Shown in pieces: positions 62,101 to 64,000 of a stretch of 64,000 nt of DNA (its first letter is position 1; the number at the start of each line of letters is the position of its first letter). The stretch comes from Asterias rubens (lineage: Eukaryota). Made by a program: the position numbers and the translations under genes. The notes below the pieces were generated by a model. It did not search any database. It saw nothing but the letters and a program-made list of their open reading frames with translations, and was not told the origin of the DNA. The stretch is taken from contig NC_047080.1 in assembly GCF_902459465.1 (NCBI RefSeq), forward strand, positions 2,790,001 through 2,854,000. Reading direction: 5' to 3'.

Positions 62101-62135
62101 ACAACGCACAGCTCCAAACCGGTGTCTCTATAAAG
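53192..62135 (-). CDS. Patatin-like phospholipase with two EF-hands, copy C (exons 4-12; exons 1-3 not found in the window, presumed beyond 64000)
   Basis: Exons 62135-62000, 60135-60052, 59540-59410, 58584-58484, 58393-58246, 57611-57510, 56444-56286, 54498-54403, 53263-53192; same intron positions and phases as A and B. IVDGGLLCNYP; DADKSGSISKEE; DSDGSGE|IEYTE; CGKQATLSFLREYMATSKQPKEG*. Confidence 0.88.
55843..56196. mobile_element. TTAA-flanked MITE, third Kolobok-like family
   Basis: ttaa|aggatttgggtacc ... gaccct|ttaa; partial relative at ~4858-5090. Confidence 0.75.
57887..58037. mobile_element. Near-perfect 150-bp foldback MITE (GGGTGCGTTCG termini, Harbinger-like) in copy C intron 8
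   Basis: Two arms of about 68 bp around a 14-nt loop (ggtaattatctgta). Confidence 0.85.
61525..61900 (+). mobile_element. tRNA-derived SINE with family-1-like head and different tail
   Basis: gtggccgagcggttaagagc...gtgggttcgagtccc...gacacttgtgtccttaagcaagacacttaacc; tail ending gctatataagacttcg. Confidence 0.75.
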
Positions 62136-64000
62136 CTAAAATGGAGACGGAGACAGAACTTAATGTATACATGTATAGGTTTGCGGTAACACATCTTCCT
62201 AGGTAGATGATGTTCCTTTAATGCGAACTTGTCTTGCTTTTCAATCAACTATATTCGGCCTAACCCCGTTATGACGTCGGCTTTTTTGCATACCGACGTC
62301 TGCACGCCCTACGTTCGTTGGACGTTTTTGTTAAACGTTTGGAAAACACAATTTTTCAGCTGGTCTAACATTGGAAGGTGACGTCATAATGACGTTTTTA
62401 CTTCCAACATTGCCCTATAACGTTGGCCAACGTACGAACAATCTAAAACACGATTCAAATATTATTTTTTAATAACTAATTCAAGTTTGTTAATTTTATA
62501 CTTACAATTTATGAATTGTTAAATTGAATGATTATTTTGTTAAATCAAATGACGCAACATTACATTTTTTGACTAACTATAAAGCATAATAGAATGACCC
62601 TTTTTAGTAGCATTCGATTTCGCGCGAAATAGAATAGCTTGGTGGTTAAATTGGCTGCTCATTGCCGAAATTGATCGAGAAAACCTATAGTACTTGACTA
62701 CATAAAACTAAATACATTCTAACTACAACCTAATACAAGCCTACACACCCTTGTGTATTGCACGTCTTGTATTCATAAAGTACATAATCCGCAGACTCTC
62801 CAATCATGGTTTACACCTTTTTCAATGAAAATTGTTTACTCTTTAATTAAAAAATTGGATTGACAATGTTTTGTTGTTGTAAATTTGATGTTCACACTTA
62901 TCCACATAAGTACAAAAACTTGCCTTAATCCACTGGTTATGAAAGGCAACATGTCTTTACGGATAAACATTTCATAAAGCCTGTAAGCACAAACATTTGC
63001 TTGGCATGAAATTTCTTCCTTGATAAAAACAGGATGACCAGCCAAATTGCCACGTGATTTTCAGGATAAGCAAACAACAGCTGAATACCCGTATCAAGCA
63101 ATATGCAACAAATGGAAACTTGGTTGGTAATCCTGTTTTTATCAAGGAAGAAATTTCATGCTAAGCAAATTTCATGCTTAGGGGCCTACAGAGAACTTGG
63201 GCCAAATGTCTCTACTCTCTGGTGTGATTTTGGAACGCTAGGTGGCAGCAGACCTACCACATAAATTTCCAATGTTTACGTAGTTCTGAGCATGCGCACA
63301 TTAAATGAGAACATTGGATTATACCTGGGCCAAATTTCATAGAGCTGCTTAACGGTCGATTTTGTGCTTAACGGGTGCACCTAGCAAGTTTTTCGTTTCA
63401 TACCCTTGCTTAAGCAAGTTTTTTTTGCTTACATAGGTAAGCAAACAAAAAGGGTCATTAAAGCCTCTATTTTGCTTAAGCACCCTATTCACACAGCGCA
63501 TAGTGCAACACTCATTGCAAACGATGTTATTGTGCCGGCACAGCGGTGATTGTGGGTGTGTGGGTGCGTTAGGTGTAGCGAATAAACGAGTGTCTAAAAT
63601 GCTTCAGAATCATGCTGTACAATGTATTTTAGTGTGTAAACCTTTCGAGGGGCACTTTGAACCATTACAAATAATACATATCAGACACAGAAGTTGATGA
63701 ATTTTTTTTATCGCCACTTGAGTGCACTCCGCATTTATTTCGCCCGCCATTTTGTCAGCACCTTCTTCTTTTTCGCTTAAGCAAACGATCTAAAATGTTG
63801 CGCGCGCAGTTTGTTTACGTGCTTAAGCTAGCAACCGCTGGTGAAATAGGTTTACGCTTAAGCAATTTTTGTTACTACGTTAAGCCAACACATTTGCTTA
63901 CCGTTAAGCAGCCCTAGGCCATGCACACAGTGCAAAATACACTGCCTTCTTCTGTTTTGCTTAAGCAAACGATCTAAAATCTCCGCGCGCAGATTGTTTA

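Noticed and set aside
32677-62135. Recent horizontal transfer of the patatin genes from bacteria
   Set aside because: Eleven spliceosomal introns at conserved positions indicate long residence in an animal genome; any transfer would be ancient and cannot be shown from this window.

Overview
Intron-rich animal (eukaryotic) genomic DNA, AT-rich. Gene content and repeat style suggest an echinoderm such as a sea star, but the taxon is an inference. All gene models were assembled by hand from GT-AG splice sites with phase-consistent open frames, and protein identities come from remembered family sequences, not database searches. Left half (1-30.5 kb) is a compact housekeeping cluster: last exon of GTF2H4 (+); a 17-exon mitochondrial seryl-tRNA-synthetase-like gene with degenerate catalytic motifs, i.e. 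SLIMP-like (-); TADA1 (+); a possible orphan spliced gene (-); PSMB1 (-); LSM2 (+); DNLZ (-). Two pairs are head-to-head. Right half (32.6-64 kb) is a tandem array of three paralogous minus-strand genes encoding patatin-like phospholipases of the ExoU/VipD-like type (GGGxK, GSSAG, DGG) with a pair of canonical EF-hands inserted in the C-terminal half. Copy A is complete and intact. Copy B carries a 5-nt deletion at exon 10 that hits EF-hand 2. Copy C runs off the window end. B and C share a 98.6%-identical tract over the EF-hand module while their catalytic exons differ by about 14-17%. Introns and intergenic DNA are full of non-autonomous TTAA-, CWG- and 6-bp-TSD MITEs, tRNA-derived SINEs, an L2 tail and three minisatellites. 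No rRNA, true tRNA or CRISPR array was seen.
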